A DNA stretch of 42,742 bases, from NCBI RefSeq assembly GCF_004010195.1, contig NC_057717.1:105824719-105867460 (forward strand), given 5' to 3'. Shown here one piece after another: positions 1 through 10,983 of this stretch. The position numbers were made by a program, and so were the translations under genes. The DNA is from Chiloscyllium plagiosum (taxonomy: Eukaryota). The first letter of the stretch is position 1. The number at the start of each line of letters is the position of its first letter. The notes under the pieces are model-generated. The model worked only from the letters and a program-made list of their open reading frames with translations, ran no database searches and was not told the origin of the DNA.

Positions 1-1084
1 GCCCAGTGAGCAAACCTACATCCACAGTGAAAAATGGGTTGAAATTCACCGGACCAGACCCAGAGAAAGGCAGATTCCACTAAAAACCAATACCAATGTC
101 ACAAAAGATCTCCAGTTAAGTGCCACACTTCCAGGATGTGAAATAGGTTTCCAGTACATTTCACTTCAACACAGTTGGTGAAAACTGTACTCAGAACGGT
201 GTACAATGATTTCTGATGCCTCACCCTCCCACACATTGCAGCACATATTTTGAGATGATAATCTTCAAAAAACCAGTCTGCTCAGATTGAAGCATATGGC
301 AGAGGGTGGAAGTGTGAGCACAAGAGGAAGACACTTTTCCAGTTTTTATTATCTGTGTCACACAATGCATTAAGATCTTCTTCCGCACACATGCAATGGA
401 GTAAAGGTTTGAAGAAAACCAAGAAACTTCAGTACAAAAGAAAGATAACTAGCCAAATATATTGCTTTCCTAATACCACTTCCTTTTTATCGTTTCACTG
501 TATCCTTGTCTCATAACACAGCCCAATTAAATTTTGAACAGATTTATACCATCTGCTTCAACAACCTCCCCAGAGATTTATTCCATGACAATTCGTTGCA
601 AAACAAATTTGAGTTCTTGCTCATTTTAGCTCACGCTTTGGCCTTTAAACACTTCATTCAAGTGAAAAGAAATTACTCAACCAGTTCTCCAGAGTTAAAC
701 AGTGTTACCTCAAAATCCGAGTGGAGTGGATAATGATTTCTCTCACTGACAAACCTGCACCTGAAAGGATGGTCACCTTCAAAATGTCTTCCAAGGCAAC
801 AATGGACAAGCTAGACTCAAATCAACAAAGATCCAGAGGAAGGCTCCTGACCTCTGGGCTCCACTTGACCGTGTACATCTGTCACAGCAGATGCACACCA
901 ACACTGATACTCTTTCATGTGAATGGTGACTGGTGATGCATGATGGGAGCCAGTTAAGTTTTCAATTCAATTATTTAATACCTTAGCATCTAGAGTCACC
1001 TCAGGCTGAGATTGAATTAGAGACAGTTTATGTCACGTGAATGGTAGCACCATCTTAAGGGCATGCCTACATCTATATCAATAA

Positions 1085-1670
1085 TGTACATGTGGAGATG
1101 GTTGACAGCGCCAAGTTCCTGGGAATGACGATCACCAACCTGTCCTGGATCACCCACGGCAAGCACAGCAATGCCTCTACTTCCTCAGGAGGCTAATGCA
1201 ATTTGGCATGTCCATAAAGGCTCTTTGAAATGTTTACTGATGCACCACAGAAAGCATCCTATCTAGATGCACCGTAAATGTGGTGCAGCAACTGCTCCTC
1301 CCGAGACCACAGGAAACTACAGAGAGCTGTGAATACAACTCAATCCACCTGCTACATCAGGAAAGCAACCAATGCAATCAAAGACCCCTCCCATACTGGT
1401 TACACTGTCTTCCACACTCTTCAATAGGGCTGAAAATAGAAGTTTGCATACATATACATAGAGTCAAGAACAGCTTCTTCCCTGTTGTTGACAGACTTTT
1501 GAATGGACCTCTCTAACGTTGATGTTCGTCTCTTTCTGCACTTACTCAGCAGCTATCCTGCACTCTTCCGTTACCCAGGAGCACTTTCTCGGGAGAATTC
1601 TGCTTGTAAAGCACCTAAGACAAAAAGCTCGTCACTGTCTCAGTACAAGTGACTGTAATAAACCAAATCA
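1085..1670 (+). mobile_element. Rex1/Babar-like LINE 3' fragment (degenerate)
   Basis: VDSAKFLGMTITNLSW..AQQCLYFLRRL..CTTESILS..DHRKLQRAVNT remnants and a tail with AATAAA; boundaries approximate. Confidence 0.6.
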
Positions 1671-1799
1671 AACCAAATAGGGGTCAAAACGGTGATTGTA
1701 ATATTGCACACTGGTACTGTCAGTTACCAAGAAAAAGTAGTTACTAACTATACAAACTTCAGAACCAACTGAAGAAATCCATTATTCTGATTGTCTTAC

Positions 1800-1896
1800 C
1801 TCCATCTTCTAGTTGTCTCTTTTGACCAACAAATCCAAATTCTGGTGTGCTGTGGTTTACTGTTGTTGCAGTGTCACCTCCAATTTTAGCAGCTAT
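1800..1896 (-). CDS. KHSRP: KHSRP coding exon 2 ([32 protein letters not shown]+1 nt, 97 nt)
   Basis: Translated by hand; ctgcag acceptor and gtaaga donor; joins exon 1 in phase; closer to KHSRP ([23 protein letters not shown]) than to FUBP1. Not in the ORF track. Intron 1 spans 1897-13473; later exons are presumably left of the window. Confidence 0.93.
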
Positions 1897-3666
1897 CTGC
1901 AGATTCATTAAAAGTCACAGTTACTCACATAGAAAGACCATTTATTCCTTGGAAGTGAAGCATTGCAGAACGTTTTCTCTTGACCCTGCCTTAAACCACA
2001 TGGTCAAAACCTACACCTCCCAGTCAGCAAGGTTAGCCAGCTGAACCAACTCAATGGTTTATCACAGGACACATGAGCTGACAATGCTGAATGCTTTAAG
2101 TCACTGTGTCAATGCAAACTATTTCCAGTGATTTAAATTCAGTTGAGTGCATCTTCATGAGACAATGATAATAAAATTGAGTATTAAGTAATTATTTGCT
2201 TCAAAATGTTTACGCCAACCAGGAAAGAGCAACTCAAAGAGCAGCACTGCATCACGACAAACACTATGATTTTTTCAGGAACATTTCAAGGTAACTTCTT
2301 TTAGCCTAATAAAACTGGAATTTCCAATCAACCAGTTCAGAGATATTATTACACACTTTTCTGGAGCAGATGAGACTTGAACCCACGACTCTATCACTGC
2401 GTCTCAAGGGGGTCCTTTCAAGGCAACGTAACTCCTTCATACAATCCCAAGTGTTAACTCACTGTGTCAATTGCCCACAACCTTTGAAAAAAGATTCACA
2501 CACTAAACTCTCTCCTCTCACTCATCTCTAGGGTAGGCATATGGTAAGCCTTCCTGTTATGGTCCAGGAGACAGACCCGAGTCAGGAAGGTGCTGGCACC
2601 ATCAATGGTCTCAGCTGAGGCTGACAGTAAAGCTAACATTTGAGACAGAAGACTGGGAAAGAAAATATTTTTATTTGCAATCATTGTTCAGACCTGCTGG
2701 AAAAGTGAGAGAGATTGTCCACAAAACAGAAGGCGAAAATTTGCATTCTCAAAAAACTCCTTTAAAAAGAAAAGACTGAAGAAATGTAAAATGCTGATAC
2801 CGAGGGCCAAACATTTGAAAAATGCTGTTCTGGCCATTTAAAATGTATTAGTTCACTACTTCCATTCAGTCATTGGTTGAGACAAATGGAATAAGAACCT
2901 CATTTTGAGTTCTGATCCGAAACACAGCAGTAGCTTTTGAGCGTGTAAGTAATCTCTGTTTTCTATGCACTATCATAAATATACATGGCATGGATTATCT
3001 GGTGAGTTCAGGATTCAATATAGCCAAAGCTTGTCCAGGGAGTAAAGAGGCACGTAACACTGCTATATTGAGTAGGCAAGCTGCACCTGTTGTGTTACAC
3101 TCCCTTGATAACCCACACATGGTATATCACATCAGCAAGCACCCACACAGAAGGTATAAAAATGTGGCGACATAACATGGGCACCAGCAACAGTAGATAG
3201 GACAGTCTGAATTCCCTAATCGGGCCTGTTACAATCCACACGCTGTGTGCGGACTCAAAATGTAGGCAGTGCCCTCAATGAATACACTATCAGTCTGCAC
3301 AATGACAAAGGTCAGCACAGGTACAGACGTCAGGTTGGAAGACTGAAATATTATAAGAATTGAACAGTAACAGAAGAGGCACGAGTGGGCTTAGGATCTT
3401 GGACAATAAGAGCCCATAGTATCCAAGGTAGAGTGGCACACTGGATTCAAAGGTATGTTTGAGACTGGAAGTCTGTCAGTCAAGTTCCACAGGATTTGTT
3501 TTTGGGACCCATTCTGCTTGTGGTGAATACTAATGATTCAGACTTAAATGCAGGGGATTTGATCAAGATATTGGTGGATACAAAATTGGATCTGGAATTC
3601 TATGGTAATTCTCTTTATTTAACATTCTGCTTTTTCACCTTTCCAGTCCTTAGACAGTTGCTCAAA

Positions 3667-3957
3667 GGCAGCACGGTGGCTCAGTGGTTAGCACTGATGC
3701 CTCACAGCACCAGGGTTCCAGGTTCAACTCCAGCCTTGGGCGACTGTCTGTTTGGAGTTTGCACATTCTCCCAGTGTCTGCCGGGTTTCCTCCCACAGTC
3801 CAAAGATGTGCAGGTTAGGTGAATTGGCCATGCTAAGTTGCCCGTAGTGTTAGGTGCGTTATGCAGAGAGGGGGTGGGTTCCTCTCCAGAGGGTCGGTGT
3901 GGATTTGTTGGGCTGAAGAGCCTGTTTCCACACTATAAGGAATCTAATCTAATCTAA
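3667..3957 (+). mobile_element. tRNA-derived V-SINE (HE1-like)
   Basis: ggcagcacggtggctcagtggttagcact A-box head, V-domain (ggagtttgcac..ggtttcctcccaca), LINE-like tail and (aatct)n end. Confidence 0.8.
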
Positions 3958-4359
3958 ACTGGTCCACATATCACAACATCAAAATGCATTACTTTTTCCA
4001 GGTGTTATCTGTATCAGGTGTTAAAACAAAAAGACCAACCAATACAACCAGTCACGAAGTGTCATACCAGACTTGAAACATTAATAGCTTAGCTTTCCAC
4101 AGATGCTGCCACACCTGCTGATTTGGTCCAACTTTCTCATGGTTATATTAGTTGAAACAGTCAGTTTATTACCTAAACTTATTGAATGAAATACATGAAT
4201 ATATGTGGTCAGGAATAGGCAGGTGCAAATGCTTATCCTTCTAAACATCTCAAACACACACTCTTGAGGAAAAGAGAAAAATGATTCTTTTGCAGAGGTT
4301 GGCTTGTAAAAAGAAAGATACACTCAGGCTAACAGATGCTTCAAGGCAAAGGAGAGTCA

Positions 4360-4890
4360 GAAGCTGAAGGGTGACCTTACAGAGGTGTATAACATCAGGA
4401 GGGCCATGGAAAACCTAAGTAGCCAACGTCTTTCCCCTTGGGTGGGAGAGTCCAATACTAGAGGACATAGGTTTAAGAGGAGAGGGGAAAGATATAAAAG
4501 GGACTTAAGGGGCAACCTTTTCACTCAGAGGATGGTGCGTGTGTGGAATCTGCTGCCAGAGGATATGGGAGGAGGCTGGTACAATTGGAACATTTAAAAG
4601 GCATCTGGATGTGTATATGAATAGGAAGAGCTTAAAAGGGATATGGGCAAGTGCTTGCAAATGGGACGAGATTAATTTATGAATCTGGGTGCTATGGTTG
4701 GACCGAAGGGTCTGTTTCTGTGCTGTACATTTCTATTTTAAAAGGCATCTGGATGTGTATATGAATAGGAAGAGCTTAAAAGGGATATGGGCAAGTGCTT
4801 GCAAATGGGACGAGATTAATTTATGATATCTGGGTGCTATGGATAAGTTGGACCGAAGGGTCTGTTTCTGTGCTGTACATTTCTATGATA
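4360..4890 (+). mobile_element. CR1/HER1-like LINE 3' end with tandem-duplicated tail
   Basis: TRGHRFK..RDLRGNLFTQRMVRVWN.LPE C-terminus and ttggaccgaagggtctgtttc tail. Confidence 0.8.
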
Positions 4891-5399
4891 AAGTGTAGAA
4901 TGTTCCAGAATCTGTTATTCTGATCTTTTGGCAAGTGCAGTCAAGTCACTAACCACACATGGTTGTTTCTGAAGTCTTGCAGACATACTGTGCTCAGGAT
5001 ATGAGCTTGAGCAATTACTCTTTCAAAAGGAAAAATCGGCTTCACCCTGACCTCACAGGAGAGTTCTCTTTTCAGAAAGGACAGACTAATTGGGCAGCAT
5101 GTTCTTAGCAGTCTTTCCTTCAAAGCCATCAAATACAACAAGCACCTTTTTAAGCGACTCACTGTTCAAACAAACCCTAACAAAACAAAGCTATCCCTAT
5201 TCTGGTTTTTAAAAATCTCTATTTGTGAATTTACTTTCGATAACCTCTTCTTTTCCAGGTATCTTCACAAAACATAAATGAACTGATTTGCCACAATCCT
5301 CCAAAGCCCAAGTCCTGCGAGCAACACATAATATAATGCATCTCCATAACACCTATGAAAATGCAAAATTCCACACTCTCCCACATGATAATCAGTTTG

Positions 5400-5560
5400 C
5401 TAGAATTCTTACCACACAGCCAACACGATTGACTTACAGGCTCATATCCTCTTCATGACGAGCTTTTCTATCTTCGTATCATCTGCAAAATGAGCTATGA
5501 CACCTCCATTCCTCTCGCCCATGTCACTGATATAAATAGGAAAACATTAGGGCTGCAGCA
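5400..5560 (-). mobile_element. CR1-type reverse transcriptase remnant
   Basis: Minus strand reads ..HFADDTKI..; boundaries approximate. Confidence 0.55.
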
Positions 5561-6999
5561 CCTACTACATCAGAATGCAACTGTCATGCCTGCGATTTAG
5601 TCTCATTTCTGCTTGCTGTTTTCTCCCCTCCTCTTCTGCAAGTTGCAAATTTTGCCTGAGTACCGTCGCACAGATGCCAGCAATCTCTCCTGTTCCGAAC
5701 GCCAGCCACCACCATTACGCTTCCCCTTCGCTGCTCAGGGCTAAGACTGCAAAATGGTCAACGTAAAAAAGATTCAGAGGATCTAGTACAAGGAATATTG
5801 CAGGCACTAGCCACGTAATGTTATCCAGTACAAAAAGGGAGAGGATCCTTTGTGCGCAGAAGATCCGTGATGTTATGACAGAAAACAAAGTGGTTATAGT
5901 GGGCAGCCAAAGCCTCTATTTCAAGAAAAGGCTAAGACCATAAAGATTGATTTAAGACTGGAGTGTGTGGATCCCATTTGTCGATCAGAAGAGAATGCTG
6001 GTTATCAACAGGTACAAGAGCTTTGAGCTGGGAGGAGACAAGAAAAGGAAGGACTAAGTAATCCCGTTCTTAGCTGCAGTCTTTGTTCTTTAGAGTAGAA
6101 ATTCACAAAGTTTAAACAAAACTTTCTGCCTTATATACAGCCACTGTAATTTAAATTCAAGATGGTATATTAGGAATCATCAAGCATTATTTAAACGTAT
6201 TCTCTGTATTTGTGAATCGGCATCGTGATCGGTTTTGTCCCCTGCTCAGGGCAAAGACTCATGTGATGAACAACTGAACTTCCTTTGTGCATCAAGTAAA
6301 TTTAGAGTCTCTGGTCACAACATGAATTCAACATTCTGTTGGACATCAAGTTAAGTGTGGTTACTTCTGGACAATACTGGCTAGCAGCATGCAACTGCAT
6401 GGTACATAAGAACCATCAGTTTGTCAGGAATCACATACTTCCCAGTTTGCATTTGCCAGTTTCTGAATCAGACTAACCCCTTATCTTGGCAGTTCCCTTC
6501 CTCAGGTGGTGTTAGAATAAAGGAACATGTGGCCCAGTTTCATTTCAGGCTCAAATAAAAGCAAAACATTGCAGATACTGGTAGTCGAATAAATACATAA
6601 AATGCTGTAAAAACAAAGAGAGTAAGGCAGCATCCGTGATATGGAAATAGAAGGAAAATTACATCCACCGCAACTTAAAACAATTTCTCTCTTCAGACAC
6701 TGCCATACCTGCTGCATTCCTCAAATTCTTTTTATTTCACTTTAAGTTCAGTAAGAACAGGGTCATGTCACCTTTATAATGGACCAGACCACACCTGCTT
6801 CAAATATATCAAGGACATAGGCCCAGACCTAAACGTTTTCTGATTTAAAGGCAAGCATAAGGTGCTGTGTTTGAGACGTAATTTGATTGGTTACATAACT
6901 CGGTTTTAAGAGAAACACTTCATTCTTACCGTACAGTGAAAATACAAACAAAAGAAAGCATTGGTCTAACTTTGACTCTGTTAGAAAACTTAGTTAGAG

Positions 7000-7340
7000 A
7001 CAAAATACTGAAGATGCTGGAAAGCAAAACATAAACAGGCAAGAGGCAGGAAGGACACAACAAGCCAGGCAGCATCAGGAGGGACAGGCAGGAAGCTGGG
7101 AGAATACAGCAAGCCAGGCAGCAGACTGGAAGAACATAGCAAGCCAGGCAGCAACAGGAGGTGGAGAAGTCCTGAAGAAGGGTTACACCCGAAACATCAA
7201 CTTCTCCACCTCCTAATGCTGCCTGCCTTGCTGTGTTCCCCCAGCCTCCTGCCTGTCCCTCCTGATGCTGCCTGCCTTGCTGCGTTTCCCCCAGCCTCCT
7301 GTCTGTCCCCCCTGATGCTGCCTGCCTTGCTGTGTTCCCT
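7000..7340 (+). mobile_element. Penelope-like inverted terminal remnant with central hammerhead core
   Basis: CTGAAGA-AGGGTTACACCC-GAAACATC at 7172-7198, flanked by inverted, internally repeated arms. Confidence 0.65.
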
Positions 7341-9279
7341 CAGCCTCCTGTCTGTCTCTATTGGAAAACTTAACAGAATGTTAGAGTATTCAACTACTAA
7401 ACGGCAACCGTTCCAACATAGTAACAGCCCATAAATACATCCCTGACAAAGGCAAATTCAGTAAAAGAGGTTATCCCACGTGCAATTCTGGCAGCAGGAA
7501 GAGAACCCAAGCATTTCGCTGTAGAGAAAGACAAAGATCTAGCAGCTTCAATGTCATCATCTTCAAACCTCCAACAACTCTTGAAACTAAACTAAAACCC
7601 TGGTTCTGTGGGAGCCTAACTCCACCCATTTATGCTGCTTCTACTGTTCTAACTTCTCTGCAATTAGACACCAGAACAAACAAGAACCTCTCTTCTCCTC
7701 CCCCCCCCCCCCCCCCAAATCATGGAAAACATCCAGAATCATAATGAGACATAGCAATAAATGATCAGAGTGGCTAAAGGCTTTGCCAAAAAATTGTATT
7801 TAAAGAGCATCTTAAGTAGAAATGGGCTTCTAGAATTCCAAATAATTGGGACTGAGCCAATGAAGGCACAGCTTTCAGCAACACGGTGTGACAGTCGGGT
7901 AGGGGAGAAAATGATGCAGAATTAACGGGACAAAACAAATTCAGAAAGAAACATCGCTACTTCAAATGAAGGCAGGAATTTTAAAAATAAATGTGTTCAC
8001 AGAATGTGGACAATGCGACTGTTTGTTGGTAGCAAACAGCCACAGTTTGAAATTGCTGTAATCCATGGTAGCTAAGTACATTCAGAGCCGTTAGGGCAAG
8101 AGTTCTAGGATTTTGACCCAGAGACTCTGAAGGAGTGGCATGGAGTCAGAGGGAGTCAATGTTAAAGGTGCTGCACAGGACAGTCAAACAGGCACAGTCC
8201 TGGATGGTGCTGAGCTTAACATTTCATTATTGACTGCGACATGTTTTACCCTATAAATGCTTCCAAAATGCAAGTTGTTGCTCAAGAGCACAGTTAACTT
8301 TATGCTGTGAGACAAAGATCATTCTCCTGTGGAGGTTCAAAGCTCTCAGAGCAACCTGAAATGAGATTAATTCTGGTCATTCCACATTAGCTAGGTTCTG
8401 TACCTCGGCTGGGCTCAATGAGTGTAGGTAAATTCAACACATGGTACAGTGGTAACTCCCTAAGATTGTCCTCATGGGAGGGTTTTTTGTCCCACTGGGG
8501 GAACCAAAGCAAAAATCCAATTCAACTGGAGTGCGTGCAGAAGGAGGCTAATGAGAAATAGGGCTGCTTCTGAAAATGCTCCAAATTAGTTGAATAGTTC
8601 AAAACATACCTTTTCATGCATCTCATCCCATTCTCCCACCTGAGTTGCTCACCAGATCAGCATATGAAGTAATTCAGCAATTACATTTTTCAGTGTAAAA
8701 GATGGTCAACACATTTATGACCATGCAATTGAGATTGCACAGAAAACTGAATATCATGAAACATTCAAATTCCTTAACTGTTGGATATATAAAAATAATG
8801 TGCCAAAGACAAATGGGAAACAAAGTTAAATAGTTCAGAATGAACATGGGAACCAAAATAAGAATCTTGCATTATCCCAGAATGTATAACCAAGCTAAGC
8901 TAACATAGTTCCAGTAGGTCATTCTATGCTTGAATTATGCTGGGACTGGTGTTATGGTAAATTGGGATAGTTGTGGCTGTCAAATAATGAGATGGGGGAA
9001 AATGTAGACCTACAAAGCAACAGTAAATGGCAACAGTATTTTGATAAGTGATACCCAGGGAGAGAATGTCACAGCATTAAAAAAATTAGGAAACGGGGTT
9101 GATGGGGAAAAGCAATGGTAAAAAGCCAAAATTAATAGCCGTTAAAGGCAAGCAGCATAAAAACAAGTGAGGAAGGAGGATCCTAGGAAAGGGATAAACA
9201 AAAGAGTTAACAGAGGAAGTTAGGATAGTGTTCAATTGAAAAGAATGAGGTAAAGACTAAATGGTAAACCAGAGGATCA

Positions 9280-9400
9280 GGGTTCTTGTTGTGCATTGGT
9301 AGTGTCCCTAGCTCTGAGCCAGGAGGCCTGGGTTCAATTCCCATCTGCTCCAGGGGTGGGTAATGACATCTTTATACAAGTTAATTAGAAAATATCTCAA
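9280..9400 (+). mobile_element. Short tRNA-derived SINE; related copies at about 14620-14725 (+) and 2335-2410 (-)
   Basis: tggtagtgtccct..ggaggcctgggttcaattccc B-box and shared ..ttagaaaata end. Confidence 0.5.
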
Positions 9401-9499
9401 CTAGAGGAAAGTTTCAAAAGGCAATAAAAATGACAAAAAAAGGTTAACAAAGAAACCGAGGACACAAGAACAAAGTAAGCGCTTTTGAACTTTTCTAAA

Positions 9500-10217
9500 A
9501 AGGTGAGCTGTAAGGAGGAGGCAGACATTTCAGTATTTCATGTGGACAAGCTGAGTGAGTGGGCAAATGCACAGCAGATACAGTACAACGTGGATGAATG
9601 AGAGGTTATCCAATTTGGTAGCAAAATCAGGAAGGTGAAATGGTTACAAACTGTACTTCTAAATTAGAAATAATCTGAATGATAAATTGAGAGAAGGGAA
9701 TGTGCCAAGAGATATGGGTGTCTTCGTACACCAGTTGCTTAGGTTAAGCATGCCGGTGGTCAAGAAAGTAAACACTTTTGTTAGCCATCATAGTGAGGGG
9801 ATTAGAGTACAGGAGCAGGAAGGTCTTGCTGCAATTTTACAGGGACCTTGGTGAGGTCACACCTGGAATATTATATGCAGTTTTGGTCTCCTTATCGGAG
9901 GAAGGATGCTCTTGCTATCTAGAATATGCAGCGAAGGTTTACCAGACTTGTCCCTGGGTCGGTGGGACTGACATACAAGAGATTGAATTAGTTGGAATTA
10001 TATTCGCTTGAGTTCAGAAGAATGAGGATAGATCTCAAAAACCTATGAACTTCAAACTGGACAAGACACAGTGGTGAGCCTGTGGAATACACTACCATAG
10101 AAAGCAGTCAAGGTCAAACATTACATTTTCAACTTTCAAGCAGGTGGACATAGCACTTGTGGTCAAAGGGATCAAAGTACTTGGGGAGAAACAGCAACTG
10201 GCTATTGAATTGGATGA
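9500..10217 (+). mobile_element. Older CR1-type LINE 3' fragment, interrupted by a Penelope-like insert
   Basis: LAIIVRGLEYRSRKVLLQFYR.L.RSHLEY remnants; tail resumes after 10418. Confidence 0.65.
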
Positions 10218-10983
10218 GGAGAAAGTGAGGTCTGCAGATGCTGGAGATCAGAGCTGGAAATGTGTTGCTGGAAAAGCGCAGCAGGTCAGGCAGCATCCAG
10301 GGAACAGGAGAATCGACGTTTCGGGCATAAGCCCTTCTTCAGGAATGGGGAAAGTTTGTCCAGCAGGCTAAGATAAAAGGTAGGGAGGAGGGACTTGGGA
10401 GAGGGGCGTCGGAAATGTGAATTGGATGATCAGCCACAACCACAACAAATGGCAGAGAAAAGCAAGAGCCAAGAGCGAGATGCTAAGACTATAATCATGC
10501 TGACTGTTATGTTGCACAAGTGATGGCAGTTGAGAAGGGAATCCAGTCCATGATTAAAAGCTTTGTCAGTAAGTTTGCGCATCACTGTGCCTTAATAAAT
10601 GTGTTGCTGGAAAAGCGCAGCAGGTCAGGCAGCATCCAGGGAACAGGAGAATCGACGTTTCGGGCATAAGCCCTTCTTCAGGAATGGGGAAGGTTTGTCC
10701 AGTAGGCTAAGATAAAAGGTAGGGAGGAGGGACTTGGGAGAGGGGCGTCGGAAATGTGATAGGTGGAAAGAGGTCAAGGTGAGGGTGATAGGTCAGACTG
10801 GGGTGGGGGCGGAGAGGTCGGGAAGAAGATCTCAGGTTAGGAAGGCGGTGCTGAATTTGATGGATTTGACTGAGACAGGGTGGGGGGAGGGGAAATGAGG
10901 AAACTGGTGAAATCCGAGTTCATCTCCAGCAGGCTAAGATAAAAGGTAGGGAGGAGGGACTTGGGAGAGGGGCGTCGGAAATG
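10218..10983 (-). mobile_element. Penelope-like terminal fragment(s) with two minimal hammerhead cores, complex duplication
   Basis: Minus strand CTGAAGA-AGGGCTTATGCCC-GAAACGTC at 10313-10343 and 10652-10682; 12-bp direct repeat tgaattggatga at 10206, 10418 and 10984. Confidence 0.7.

Noticed and set aside
3667..3740. tRNA-like sequences here and near 9290, 21640 and 37500
   Set aside because: They are SINE heads followed by SINE bodies or tails, not tRNA genes
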